55,362 nucleotides of DNA from a virus. Taxonomy: Duplodnaviria > Caudoviricetes. Position numbers and translations under genes: made by a program. Under the pieces are notes generated by a model that was given only the letters and a program-made list of their open reading frames with translations, did not search any database and was not told the DNA's origin. Shown here in pieces: positions 44,578 to 54,800 of this stretch. The stretch covers positions 1-55,362 of IMG/VR virus record IMGVR_UViG_3300030329_004008; one strand, written 5' to 3'. The stretch's first letter is position 1. Every line of letters starts with the position of its first letter.

Positions 44578-44796
44578 ATGAAACGATTAGAGGCCCTTGG
44601 CCTAAAATATCACACTGAATGCAAGATGTGTGGTACTAAGAAAGAAAAACAAAAGCTTTACAATCTTTACCCACATCCAGCTGCTATTAATTTGCTTGTC
44701 GATACATCGCCTATAGCTATATGTGTGAAATGTGTAAAGCGTGAACTTGGAACTAAAAACCTAGAGGAACTTCATGAGTTGGAAAAAGTTAGGTAA
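44578..44796 (+). CDS. Small zinc-finger protein
   Basis: CKMC...CVKC. Confidence 0.65.
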   Translation: MKRLEALGLKYHTECKMCGTKKEKQKLYNLYPHPAAINLLVDTSPIAICVKCVKRELGTKNLEELHELEKVR

Positions 44797-45025
44797 TGGA
44801 TGGCTCAATAAGAATGAGAAATCTAATGGCCAGAATAATCTCCCAATGTTTACAGGAGACATAAAGTTTAGCGAAGACATACTCGCTGGAGATAAGGTAA
44901 ACATAGCAATGTGGCGTAAGGTTAAATTCGGTAAAGAATCATTTAGCCTTGCCGTTAGCATTAACACAGACAGACCAAAAGATACAGAGGATATGAAGAA
45001 GGATGCCAAGTCCGAAATCTTCTAA
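44774..45025 (+). CDS. DUF736-like small beta protein
   Basis: GNGWLNKN...PMFTGDI...IAMWRK...FSLAV. Confidence 0.55.
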   Translation: MSWKKLGNGWLNKNEKSNGQNNLPMFTGDIKFSEDILAGDKVNIAMWRKVKFGKESFSLAVSINTDRPKDTEDMKKDAKSEIF

Positions 45026-45350
45026 AGCAAAAGGTCGAAGACTCCAAAACCTGGTACGAGATAAGCTACGGGCTGCATTTGACTCTTTGCTCGAAGAGGA
45101 TGATATAAAGTCGCAAATAATGGGCATGACAGGGGAGGATATCGTTCTCTCGCCTGCAGCTCGTAAGCTTATTCCTTACAGTATTGAATGTAAAAATGTA
45201 GAAAGACTTAATGTCTGGAAATGTATTAAACAAGCTGAAGATAATGTGCAGAAAGATTGCAATCCAGCATTAGTAATTAAAAGAAACCAACAATCACCCT
45301 ATATATTAATACCACTTGACGAATGGATATCTATAATCCAAAAAAGATAG
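45003..45350 (+). CDS. Holliday junction resolvase (PD-(D/E)xK nuclease)
   Basis: SKAKGRRLQNLVRD...EDI...SIECKN...PALVIKRN. Confidence 0.85.
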   Translation: MPSPKSSKAKGRRLQNLVRDKLRAAFDSLLEEDDIKSQIMGMTGEDIVLSPAARKLIPYSIECKNVERLNVWKCIKQAEDNVQKDCNPALVIKRNQQSPYILIPLDEWISIIQKR

Positions 45351-45496
45351 GAAGAAAAGCTACATCAATTAATGATCAATTCTGGAAAGAATCTTATTTC
45401 ATTCATTCCACGCTTGAAGAAGCATTAGAGCAGGAAGTTGATTCAGAAATAATCAGGATATTAAAAAATCCAAATTTGTTTGTAGCTACTAGTTAG
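45323..45496 (+). CDS. Small hypothetical protein, 57 aa (last gene of the plus arm)
   Basis: Manually translated (MDIYNPKKIGRK...); its stop overlaps the convergent gene by 8 nt. Confidence 0.45.
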   Translation: MDIYNPKKIGRKATSINDQFWKESYFIHSTLEEALEQEVDSEIIRILKNPNLFVATS

Positions 45497-48400
45497 CTAT
45501 CTTTTTCATAAGAGCTGGACTTTCTTTAATGATTGCTCCAGTAACAGGCTCTGGCCATAAATAACCAAGCATACCTTTAGCTTTATATTTAGCTGCATCT
45601 TCCTCATTACCTGCAATTAATGCAAATAATGCGAATGCATCGTATAAGAAGCCTGCCCCTACGCCTGCACCAGGTAGAGACCTTATGTGATAAGCTATTA
45701 ATCTCTCGAGATCTTTAGCGTCATCCCATGGATCATCTATATCATCTGACATGGCGATTGCGGCTAGTATTGGTAGCCATATTAATGCAGCTATGGGAGA
45801 TCCTGCGCCTCCTAGATTGCGAGCACCTAAGAGATAAAATGCACTTCTTGCTACATCAGGTAATACTGGTAATACGTACATTGATTGCATTAATCCTTCT
45901 ATTAAGAAGTGAGTAAGAAACCATCTCTTCAGTCTAAGGACCTCAGGTTTTGAATTTGCTAAGACGTCATTGTTTCTCCATATATCTCTAAACATAAGCT
46001 TTATGGTTGCAGACAGTTTATTATCTGCATTAACTGCGTCTAAAGCATTCTTCCATAATTCTACATCAGATGCTGCTTTTTGTGACTTCCATACAGAAAA
46101 CTGACTAAATAAAGATCCCAATGCACCTCTATATGCCTCACCTACACCTTGTCTACTCATGCTAAAATCAAATTGCATATTTGTAGCAAGCCTACCATAG
46201 TAAATGGCCAAATCTCTATCTCGGCCAGTCAATTCCCACATATTACCAGAAGGAATTTCTCCAGCTTTTTGTGCATTTTGCACTCCTAGTATAAAAGAAA
46301 TGGAACGTATATGCTGTTCCATATCGGACATAATTCCTGCCCTACCAAAATGCTTCCTTATATTCCTTACAATATCTTCCCCTCGCTTAGCAAGAATTAA
46401 CATTGAAGGGTTCTCTCTCACCATATCTCTCAATATAGCTTCGTTGTTGATAGCAAAGTTTGTAATTTTATTCGTTATTCTTTGAATCTTTTCCTGCCTT
46501 AATTTGGCATCGAATTGTGAAGCCTCTTCCTGATCTAATACGTTTTCCCACTTTAGCTTTACTCCCCACAGCTTTGTAAGATTCTTCTTCAATATATTTT
46601 CTGCATTTTTAATGCTAGTACCCTTATTCCGTCTATCAAAATAAGATAGATATTCAGCAACCATCTTGTTGATATTATCTCTCTCCATTTCCATTGCCTC
46701 AAGTTCCTTGACAATAGAGTTAGTAAAGAACTCATTAAATAAAGTCACCCCAGACTCTTCAAGCATAGGCGAGAGTGCATCCTTATTTTGGGTATAATAT
46801 TTTGATGCATCTAAAAATGATCCTAGACCTGACTTAACTACTTTCTCAATATTTCCAAAGGCTTGCCTTATAGCGCTAGTAGGTCCAGATAACATTAAAT
46901 TGAGAAATTTTCTATAAATCTTTAAGCCTCTTACCATTCGAGGGTTTATATTTTGATCAGAGAGGTCCATTCCAAACATTAATGATCGTGCATCCTTCCT
47001 TCCCATTGTAGCTTTATATAAAGAGGAGAATGCATCTGATACTCCTGGCATATCTGTCATAGACATGGCCGTTATTAATGCGGCAGTAAGATTGTTTCTC
47101 TCTATGTTACGAGCTGTATGCTCTAAATAAGATCTAAATACACCGCGATCTGTACGAGACTTAAGAACATCAAAGGCATTACTAACATGCTTGAAGTGCT
47201 TAGCTCTAGTACGAGTGACCATTTTGTCTCCATCTAATGCATCTTCATCTGTCTCTAATAACTCTTCTTTCATTGCTTTTTGGTTAGCAATAGACGTCTT
47301 TAATGCATCTTCCTGAGCCTCTAATTTCACTAGTTCATCACCTGTAACAGCTGTTTTCGCATCTTGGATTTGGCTTAAGGCGTATTCCATAGAATCAATA
47401 GCGTCTTCTATAATGAAAACAAACTTTTCTGGCATATAGATATAAGGAAAGTAGAACTTCTTATATGTAGCCATATCTCCCATCATTGGCTTAAATGGTT
47501 GCTCTAACGACCACTTAGTAAATTCATTTTCTAACATTGCTAGCCTGGATATATCTTCATGAGACCATATTATATTCCCCTGCTCATCATGTAGCTTTCC
47601 ATCTACTATAGCCCTTTTCAATTGTTCAACGCTTTTCCCTGGGAAATGAGTCCTTAATGCATTTAATACCCTTAGGAAGCTCTCTTCAGATTGAGATTTA
47701 AAATGCTCAAATGCCTGATCCATAATAACTCTAGCTTCTTGTACGTATTGATCTAATTGTGCGAGCATTGTACTTGTAAGTGGAGGCATATTCATTATCA
47801 TATCTAGGGTATCATATCTCAATCTACCCTTTTGATCTGTCATTTTATTATCTTTTACAGTACCGTGAATATTAGGATCATATCTAAGAGGTACTGGATT
47901 CTGCCATCCGAAAATAACATCTCCACTATCATAACTTTCCGAAGTAGGAGCCCACCATTGATTAATATACCATCCAGCCCCATGCTCATACACTAATCGT
48001 GAAGGCCTACCAGGTTTCTCTTTAGTCATTTTAGCAGCTCTTTTATCATCTACATATTCAACACGACCATGCATCATCCATGTAAATAATTCTACAATTC
48101 TCTGAGCTCCCTGTTCCTTTGTCCTACCACCATAAAATCCTGCAGCTTCCCAAGCGCTTCTTAAATCTCCATCTATATCTGCATGATCATACACCCCTTC
48201 TACTGAATTCATTATACGAGTCATTCCAATGCTCTCATCAGTAGGGTTCATAAATTTATGTATATGTCCAGCTATATTATCAGCAAAGTCCTGTGTAGCT
48301 TTCCATACCTTGTGATATGCACCAGAGTTTTCAGTAAATCTAAGCTTTCTAGTAACACCCCATCCAAGTCTAACCCCTCTATACCATAAATTATCCCATC

Positions 48401-48881
48401 TAGATCCATCAGCACTAGTCCATGCCTCTGTAAATCTTAGATATCTTTTTAAAGTTCCAATAGGTAGCTTATATAGTAATAGCTTTCTCTGTTGAGTATC
48501 TTTATTGATCGCTATTACTTTCTTCTTGAGCATAGGGGCTAAGCTAATAGCATCAGCATGTAATTCTTCGACAATTGGCAGTGCTAAATGCTGGTTAGCT
48601 TCGATAAGCATCCTTATCTTATTAGCTATTTGTTCACGCTCTGGAAGAGATCCCATAATCTTATTTATAGCTTTAGCACGAGATTCTTTATTTCCAAAAG
48701 ATAGCTTACTTCCAATTTTAATGATGGCTTTTGCTATCTTACTATTAGCATATCTAGGATGCTCTGGATCAGCTTCTATAGAGCTATCTACATATTGTTC
48801 AGTTTGTAATTCAAAGCTCTTAGCTTCTGTCTCTATAGCGTTTAATGCTCTAGTGGCTATGTTGCATTTATCCATTAACAA
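45489..48881 (-). CDS. Large putative internal virion protein, 1130 aa
   Basis: Coupled to the RNAP-like gene; LFSQFSVW motif and hydrophobic C-terminal segments like large ejection proteins. Confidence 0.7.
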   Translation of the reverse strand: MLMDKCNIATRALNAIETEAKSFELQTEQYVDSSIEADPEHPRYANSKIAKAIIKIGSKLSFGNKESRAKAINKIMGSLPEREQIANKIRMLIEANQHLALPIVEELHADAISLAPMLKKKVIAINKDTQQRKLLLYKLPIGTLKRYLRFTEAWTSADGSRWDNLWYRGVRLGWGVTRKLRFTENSGAYHKVWKATQDFADNIAGHIHKFMNPTDESIGMTRIMNSVEGVYDHADIDGDLRSAWEAAGFYGGRTKEQGAQRIVELFTWMMHGRVEYVDDKRAAKMTKEKPGRPSRLVYEHGAGWYINQWWAPTSESYDSGDVIFGWQNPVPLRYDPNIHGTVKDNKMTDQKGRLRYDTLDMIMNMPPLTSTMLAQLDQYVQEARVIMDQAFEHFKSQSEESFLRVLNALRTHFPGKSVEQLKRAIVDGKLHDEQGNIIWSHEDISRLAMLENEFTKWSLEQPFKPMMGDMATYKKFYFPYIYMPEKFVFIIEDAIDSMEYALSQIQDAKTAVTGDELVKLEAQEDALKTSIANQKAMKEELLETDEDALDGDKMVTRTRAKHFKHVSNAFDVLKSRTDRGVFRSYLEHTARNIERNNLTAALITAMSMTDMPGVSDAFSSLYKATMGRKDARSLMFGMDLSDQNINPRMVRGLKIYRKFLNLMLSGPTSAIRQAFGNIEKVVKSGLGSFLDASKYYTQNKDALSPMLEESGVTLFNEFFTNSIVKELEAMEMERDNINKMVAEYLSYFDRRNKGTSIKNAENILKKNLTKLWGVKLKWENVLDQEEASQFDAKLRQEKIQRITNKITNFAINNEAILRDMVRENPSMLILAKRGEDIVRNIRKHFGRAGIMSDMEQHIRSISFILGVQNAQKAGEIPSGNMWELTGRDRDLAIYYGRLATNMQFDFSMSRQGVGEAYRGALGSLFSQFSVWKSQKAASDVELWKNALDAVNADNKLSATIKLMFRDIWRNNDVLANSKPEVLRLKRWFLTHFLIEGLMQSMYVLPVLPDVARSAFYLLGARNLGGAGSPIAALIWLPILAAIAMSDDIDDPWDDAKDLERLIAYHIRSLPGAGVGAGFLYDAFALFALIAGNEEDAAKYKAKGMLGYLWPEPVTGAIIKESPALMKKIAN

Positions 48882-51800
48882 TTCCTTTTAAGGATTCTTG
48901 AAAGAGGATCATATGCAACTCTACGAGCTGATTCACTACGTCCTTCAATATCCTTAATCTTTTTATTATATAATTTTAAATACTTGCTCATTAATACAGG
49001 ATCTAACACTGTAAGGTCTGGCTCTGAAGATACTGGAGGCAGATTATTGCGTTGTACTGTGTACATTAGCTTGCCTTGTTGATCCAATTGGGCGAACCCT
49101 CTTAAGAATGCAATAGTTGCTGAGAATTGTCCTAAAGGTCCCATCTCCATATAAGCAGCTCCCCACCAAGAGGTAAATCTAATGAGATCTGGATTATAAT
49201 CCCAAGATACAGCTTCATTATTTTCAGCTATACGCTCCATTATAGATGCATATCCTTCTCCAGTTAGATTCTCACCTTCTCCCTTCGAGTTCCACATTTG
49301 ATTAGCATAAGATGTGCCATCTGCAATACTTTGCTCTAGATCTTTATCAGTAATCTCTTCTCCAGTCAATTCTCTATGATATATGCGCTCATTATCCATT
49401 GCTTCTTGCATTAAAGTATCTATATCTTCTTCAAGATCTGCCATAGATTGCAAGTGCACTGTATTATACACATCCTGCTCATACTCAACTGGGGAGATTT
49501 TATTAGGCTCAGCTAAAGATGCGATACCAGTTCTCTCATCTCCATACCACTGTCTAGCAAATTCTACTGTCACCTCTTCTAATGGAGATAATGTATCATT
49601 AAATTCTACTGAGCTTACTAGACCACTTAGAGCTTCATTTCCATCATACTTATCCATTAAATATCCTTGACGATCATTAATATAGTCTAATAGTTTCTTG
49701 CTTTCCTTTAATAATGATGTAACTGAATGACTATGATCAAAGCCTCTACCTCTACGGATAGTTCTAGTTAATGCACTTATTGATATAATGGGCTTTATTA
49801 AGTCCATATATTCAGTATTATTTTCATTTATTTCAGATTTCCAGTTACCATTTTCATCTGCGATATAGAACAACCTAGATATAAGTTTATCTCTGGAATA
49901 GTTCCATTCAGATAATAACAAATGCTTATGGTTATCTACCGCAGCCTGCAACCAGATTCGTAACTGCTCTTCCATTGTCATTGAATCGTTCATCTCAGGA
50001 AACAATACTTGATCCAGGAGCTTATGAACCTTAATCTGATTGCCATCATTAAGTTTAATTCCATTGAAATTGTGGTTTAGCTGTCCTAATACATTTTGTA
50101 ATGCAGCTATTTGCCCTACAGATCTTTTCCCTACCTGGAACATTTGTGTTAACAATCTAACATTTTCTGCCTTAGAAAGGTCTATCTCTCTAGCCATGCT
50201 TGGAAGTGAAATAGCTTTCATTCTATTAGCAGCCTCTGCATCTAGTAAAAACTGCTGAATACTAGTAGCTAGATCATCGGGAATAAATTCAACCTGTATT
50301 GCATCACCGTCATAGTCACCTTCAAGTAACTTAATAGAGACATTATCTGAAACAATTGCTTGCCCTCCTCTATTATGCAATGCCTTAACTCTTAATACTC
50401 TCGCACCTCCTACGTATGGAACTGGCGACCTGTGTATCAATGTCAAAATCTTTGTGTTCTCAAGCCACTTGTTTATTGCATTTAGACTAAGCTTTTTAGC
50501 CTCATTAACAGTTCCACCATTCTCTTTTGCATAAGCAACATATACTTGATGAGCATTTGTAGCAGCTAATGTGATTTCATCATCATTATGTGTATTGAAA
50601 TAATCTGGAGCAAGATCTACATATGTACCTTTACCATTATTAAGAGATAATGCAGGGGTTATGACCTGTGTTCTTAAAATCTTATTTAACATACCCATAG
50701 CATCAGCATGCATTCCTAATCCTAGCTTAAACTTCTCTAATAATGCAGTGGTCATTGCATGTGGAGAATCTGAATGCACACTCTGTGCAAACTTGAGTAA
50801 GGTAGATGCATTAAATGTATTAGATCCAGTCAGTGTAAATATGCTCTTTAATCGCTCCTTAATTCTTGGCATCATAAAGCCTTTCAAATCATTTACCAGG
50901 TCTGTATCATGAACATAGTTAGTCCATTGCATTCCGAATGTTGCGGTCTTCTTTGGCTCGTGATACTTTATAAGCCCTATTTCCTCACCTGCAATATCAA
51001 TAATCTCTCCAGATTTATAGTTCGATATCTTAGCCTCATCATCTGTCATAAGTATATCAACTTCATTCCTGCCTTCTGCAGTTACTTGATATATCCTGCC
51101 ATTGTCGTCAACTTCTGCTAATAGCTGCCTATTACCATCTTTCCCTATCTTGATAATTTTCATTCCAGCTTCAGGTTCAAACATTTCATGCTTAACAGCA
51201 AGAGATAGATCTGCCTTCCATATAACTGTCTTGAATAGCCTCATTAAAGGATTGCTTCCAAATGCTTCGTGCATATCATTCGTAAATGTACTGCTAATAA
51301 TGGATGCACCATCAGTACGATTCTTATTGCCCATACCAGCTATTATATCCATCATATTTCCTTCATTGCCATTACGGTCAACAAATACTATCTGATTTCT
51401 TTCAGCTTCATTAGTAGCTATTTGCACAGCTTTTGCACCTCTCATAAGAGGGGAAGTGAATACTGGCGTAGTAGCAATCTTGATACGTCTAAATAATTCT
51501 GCACCATTATTAATCATATTTGCTGGCATCAATCTTCTCATCATTTCATATCTAGCAATCTCTCCAGCTAGCCATTTCTGTGAGTATCTTGCCTTGCTTC
51601 TTACATGGTTACCATCCTTGTCAATTCTGTAACCCATAAAGTTAAGCATCTGATCTTCTGTTATAAAGCCACCTACCACTTGAGCTTTCCAATATGCTTT
51701 AATTTGATTTTCATTTCTAGCGATAGACATATGGCGATCTAATATAGGAGCAAACATCATATGCCCAGAATCTCCTCTGGTAGACATAAGAGCTAATCCG

Positions 51801-54800
51801 TGAATTACACCTTGTCTGTCTTCATAAGTAAAGTTATTTAATGCATACACTTGCAACTGCTTAATCTGATCATCAGACAGAACATCTACAAACTTATCGG
51901 TAAATGCCTTGCCATATTTTGTCACTATTTCATATATATCTTTTAGGTTCAAGAATACAGGCTTTTGCATTCCCCACTTCTTATCAGCTTTGGTAGCTTC
52001 ATATATTAAATTCTGATCTCTAGTAGAGTTTGACTTTTCTGTAAAATTACTTTTATTCCTTTTTATTACAAGCTCTCCAGAAGTTCGGTATTCTAAGTTC
52101 CTTCTCCTAGGAGTGATACCAGATGCAGGATTTACAGTAACAGTAGAAGCAGTACGCACAAAGAACTGTTTAATCCTTCTTCTTTCTATAGATCCTGAAG
52201 GAAAATCTGAGTACCTATACCCTGTAGCTACTTGCAAAGGACCTTCACCCCATGCGTCAAAAGCTTCTTGAGGAGTAAGGGTTGGTTGATTTAAGAATTG
52301 CAATACAGAACTCAGTAATGATATCATCTTATTGTGAGGTATATTAATTCCCAGTTCCCTCATGAAGGTATATTCAGTACTAACTCCATGCTTAGCTCTT
52401 ATATCATTATCATTTCCAGGGATAAAGCTTAAATCTTCTTCAACAGCAGCATATATCTCATCAAATGCATCATTGAACTCTTCTCTTGTAGCATAAACAT
52501 CATTCATCGCATGCATTCTTTTTACTATCTTGCCAATCTGAACATGCTGATTAGCCCATACATCAAAAATAGCAGCCATATCAAATGGTATCTCTTCAGC
52601 TAATTTTGCTATATATTTTTTGATATTAAAAGACTTGCCCAGCTTTGTCTGCATTGCATTTAATGCATTGTCAAATATTCTTAAAGCTTGATTCCCAGCC
52701 TCAGTTCCAGGCTCTATCTGTTGATAGTCTATCTGTCCAAGAGACATCTCCTCTGCTGGAATTGTATAATGCATTCTCTGAGGACCTTTGTCTGTTGGGA
52801 TGAAGCGATTGTAATCCCATATATCTTTAAATCTACTATAACTTAATTTAGCTCTAAATGGATCTTCATAATGAGCAAGCTGGACTTGATACCTATTTCC
52901 ATCAGAGCCTACAAAGTCATGCATAATTGGATTCTCTCTTCCCTGAGCCTCTGGGCCAGAAAAGAAGTCCACTAACATAGCTTCGGTGCCAGTCTTAATT
53001 TCTGTCTCTGATATAATATTACCAGCATCATTCATCTTATAATCAAGCTTATAAGTGCCAACAATCTCGTTCTTTGCATTTCTTACATTGTAAGATATAA
53101 TTTTCTTCCCATCTTTTCTGCGCTTAATGTCAGATACTTTATGCCCAGATGGAGGTACAAGGAATGTATCTGTACTAGCTCCTCCTGGTAAGCTAAATGA
53201 ATAAGCCTCGATAGCTCCTTTGAAATGCTTTTTAATTAAGGATATTGCTGATTCTCTAGTTCCTATATTGACAAAATCAAGATCATGCACTACAGAATCC
53301 TTAGGTCTATAGACTGAGCCTTGGGTAGAATAAGCAATACTTCCTGTCAATATAATATCATCTGCAGTACCGATCTTAGTCATAATATCTTTTGCGATCG
53401 GATTCATATCAAAAGCTTCCTGAAAATCTATTAGAACATATCCAGGTTTCTTAGTAGTTGCTACGAAACTTTCATGCTTAAAGGTATTGTCTACAATCTT
53501 GTTAATAGCGGGCTGTATAACGCTCCAATTTGCTCCAGTAAGACTATCTAATACCTTCTGAACAAATACCTTAATACGTTTTAATAAGCTATCGCTAACG
53601 TTTAATTCCTTAGCAAGTCTTTCACTAAAGCCAGACTGTAATAGGTCTTGGAATATTTCCTTAGTAGCTAATCTTAATGCAATCCTACCATTGATATCTG
53701 GATTGTCTTTATATATCTGCTCAATTGCATTCTTATACCTATCAGTGTCCTTTACCGCTTCTCTTATATCGTAAAAATCTTGTGAATAACTAAGCATTTC
53801 TGACAATGCATCTGCCATCACCTTAGATACGTGATTTATATCATGCCTATTTAGATCAACTCTCTTGTTAGCTAGATTTACAAACAGCTCCTGTACGTCA
53901 TTGACTTCAAATCCATAATCAATTAAGAAATTTAACAATCTACTTTGAGGAGAATCATCTTCAAAGCGAGTTAATGGAGTAAATGAAAACTCAAATCCCA
54001 TCTTCTTCCAGAAGTCAATAGAATCTGGATGAGCTATAATATTTATTATCTGCTCACCCCTACCTACCATTACCTCCTTGATTGATTCAAAAAATCTAGT
54101 CCCCAAGCCTTTGCCTCTAAGGTTTTCTGGCACTACAATATTACCAATACGTGACTTGTCAGTGGGATGAGGAGTCCATTTAAGTCCATATTTTTTAACA
54201 AGTTGGTTTAATAGTATCGTAGAAGCAGCTTCATGTTGAGCTCCTTTACGCTTATAAGCCTCTACTGCAATCTCTTCACCAACTTGAAATAGCTGATCAC
54301 CTTCTACAAATTTCTGTGCAATATATTGAGAGGGCCTTCCAAATACTTTCTTGACATGAGCCCAGAACTTGCGAAGGAAATTTTTAACTCTAGCTTTTAA
54401 GCTGCCAGGAGCGTCCTTTAATGCATTAGCATAGTATTCTCCAACATATTGAGTTAACTGCTCCTCAGTCTTCATATCCTGTAATGCTTTTTCAATAAGA
54501 GGATGACCTCTCAATGCTTTAACTAGTATATGAAAATACTCGTGCGGAGCTGTATCTACAGTAGCCTTTCCTTTAGCCCACTCTGCAATAGTATTGAATG
54601 CACGCCCTGCCTGCTCTTCTCCTGAGAGATGGTCAATTATTTGATCTACCTCTTTCCCTGCTATGTTAGGGAAGTCTTCTCTTAGCTTAGCTTTAACCCT
54701 ATCAGCCCATTCCTGTGCATCATCCGCTAAAGGAAGTTTAGTTTCTTTAATGGCTTGATAATCAATGCCCCAATCATGTTTATCCTTCAAGTCTTCAAGG

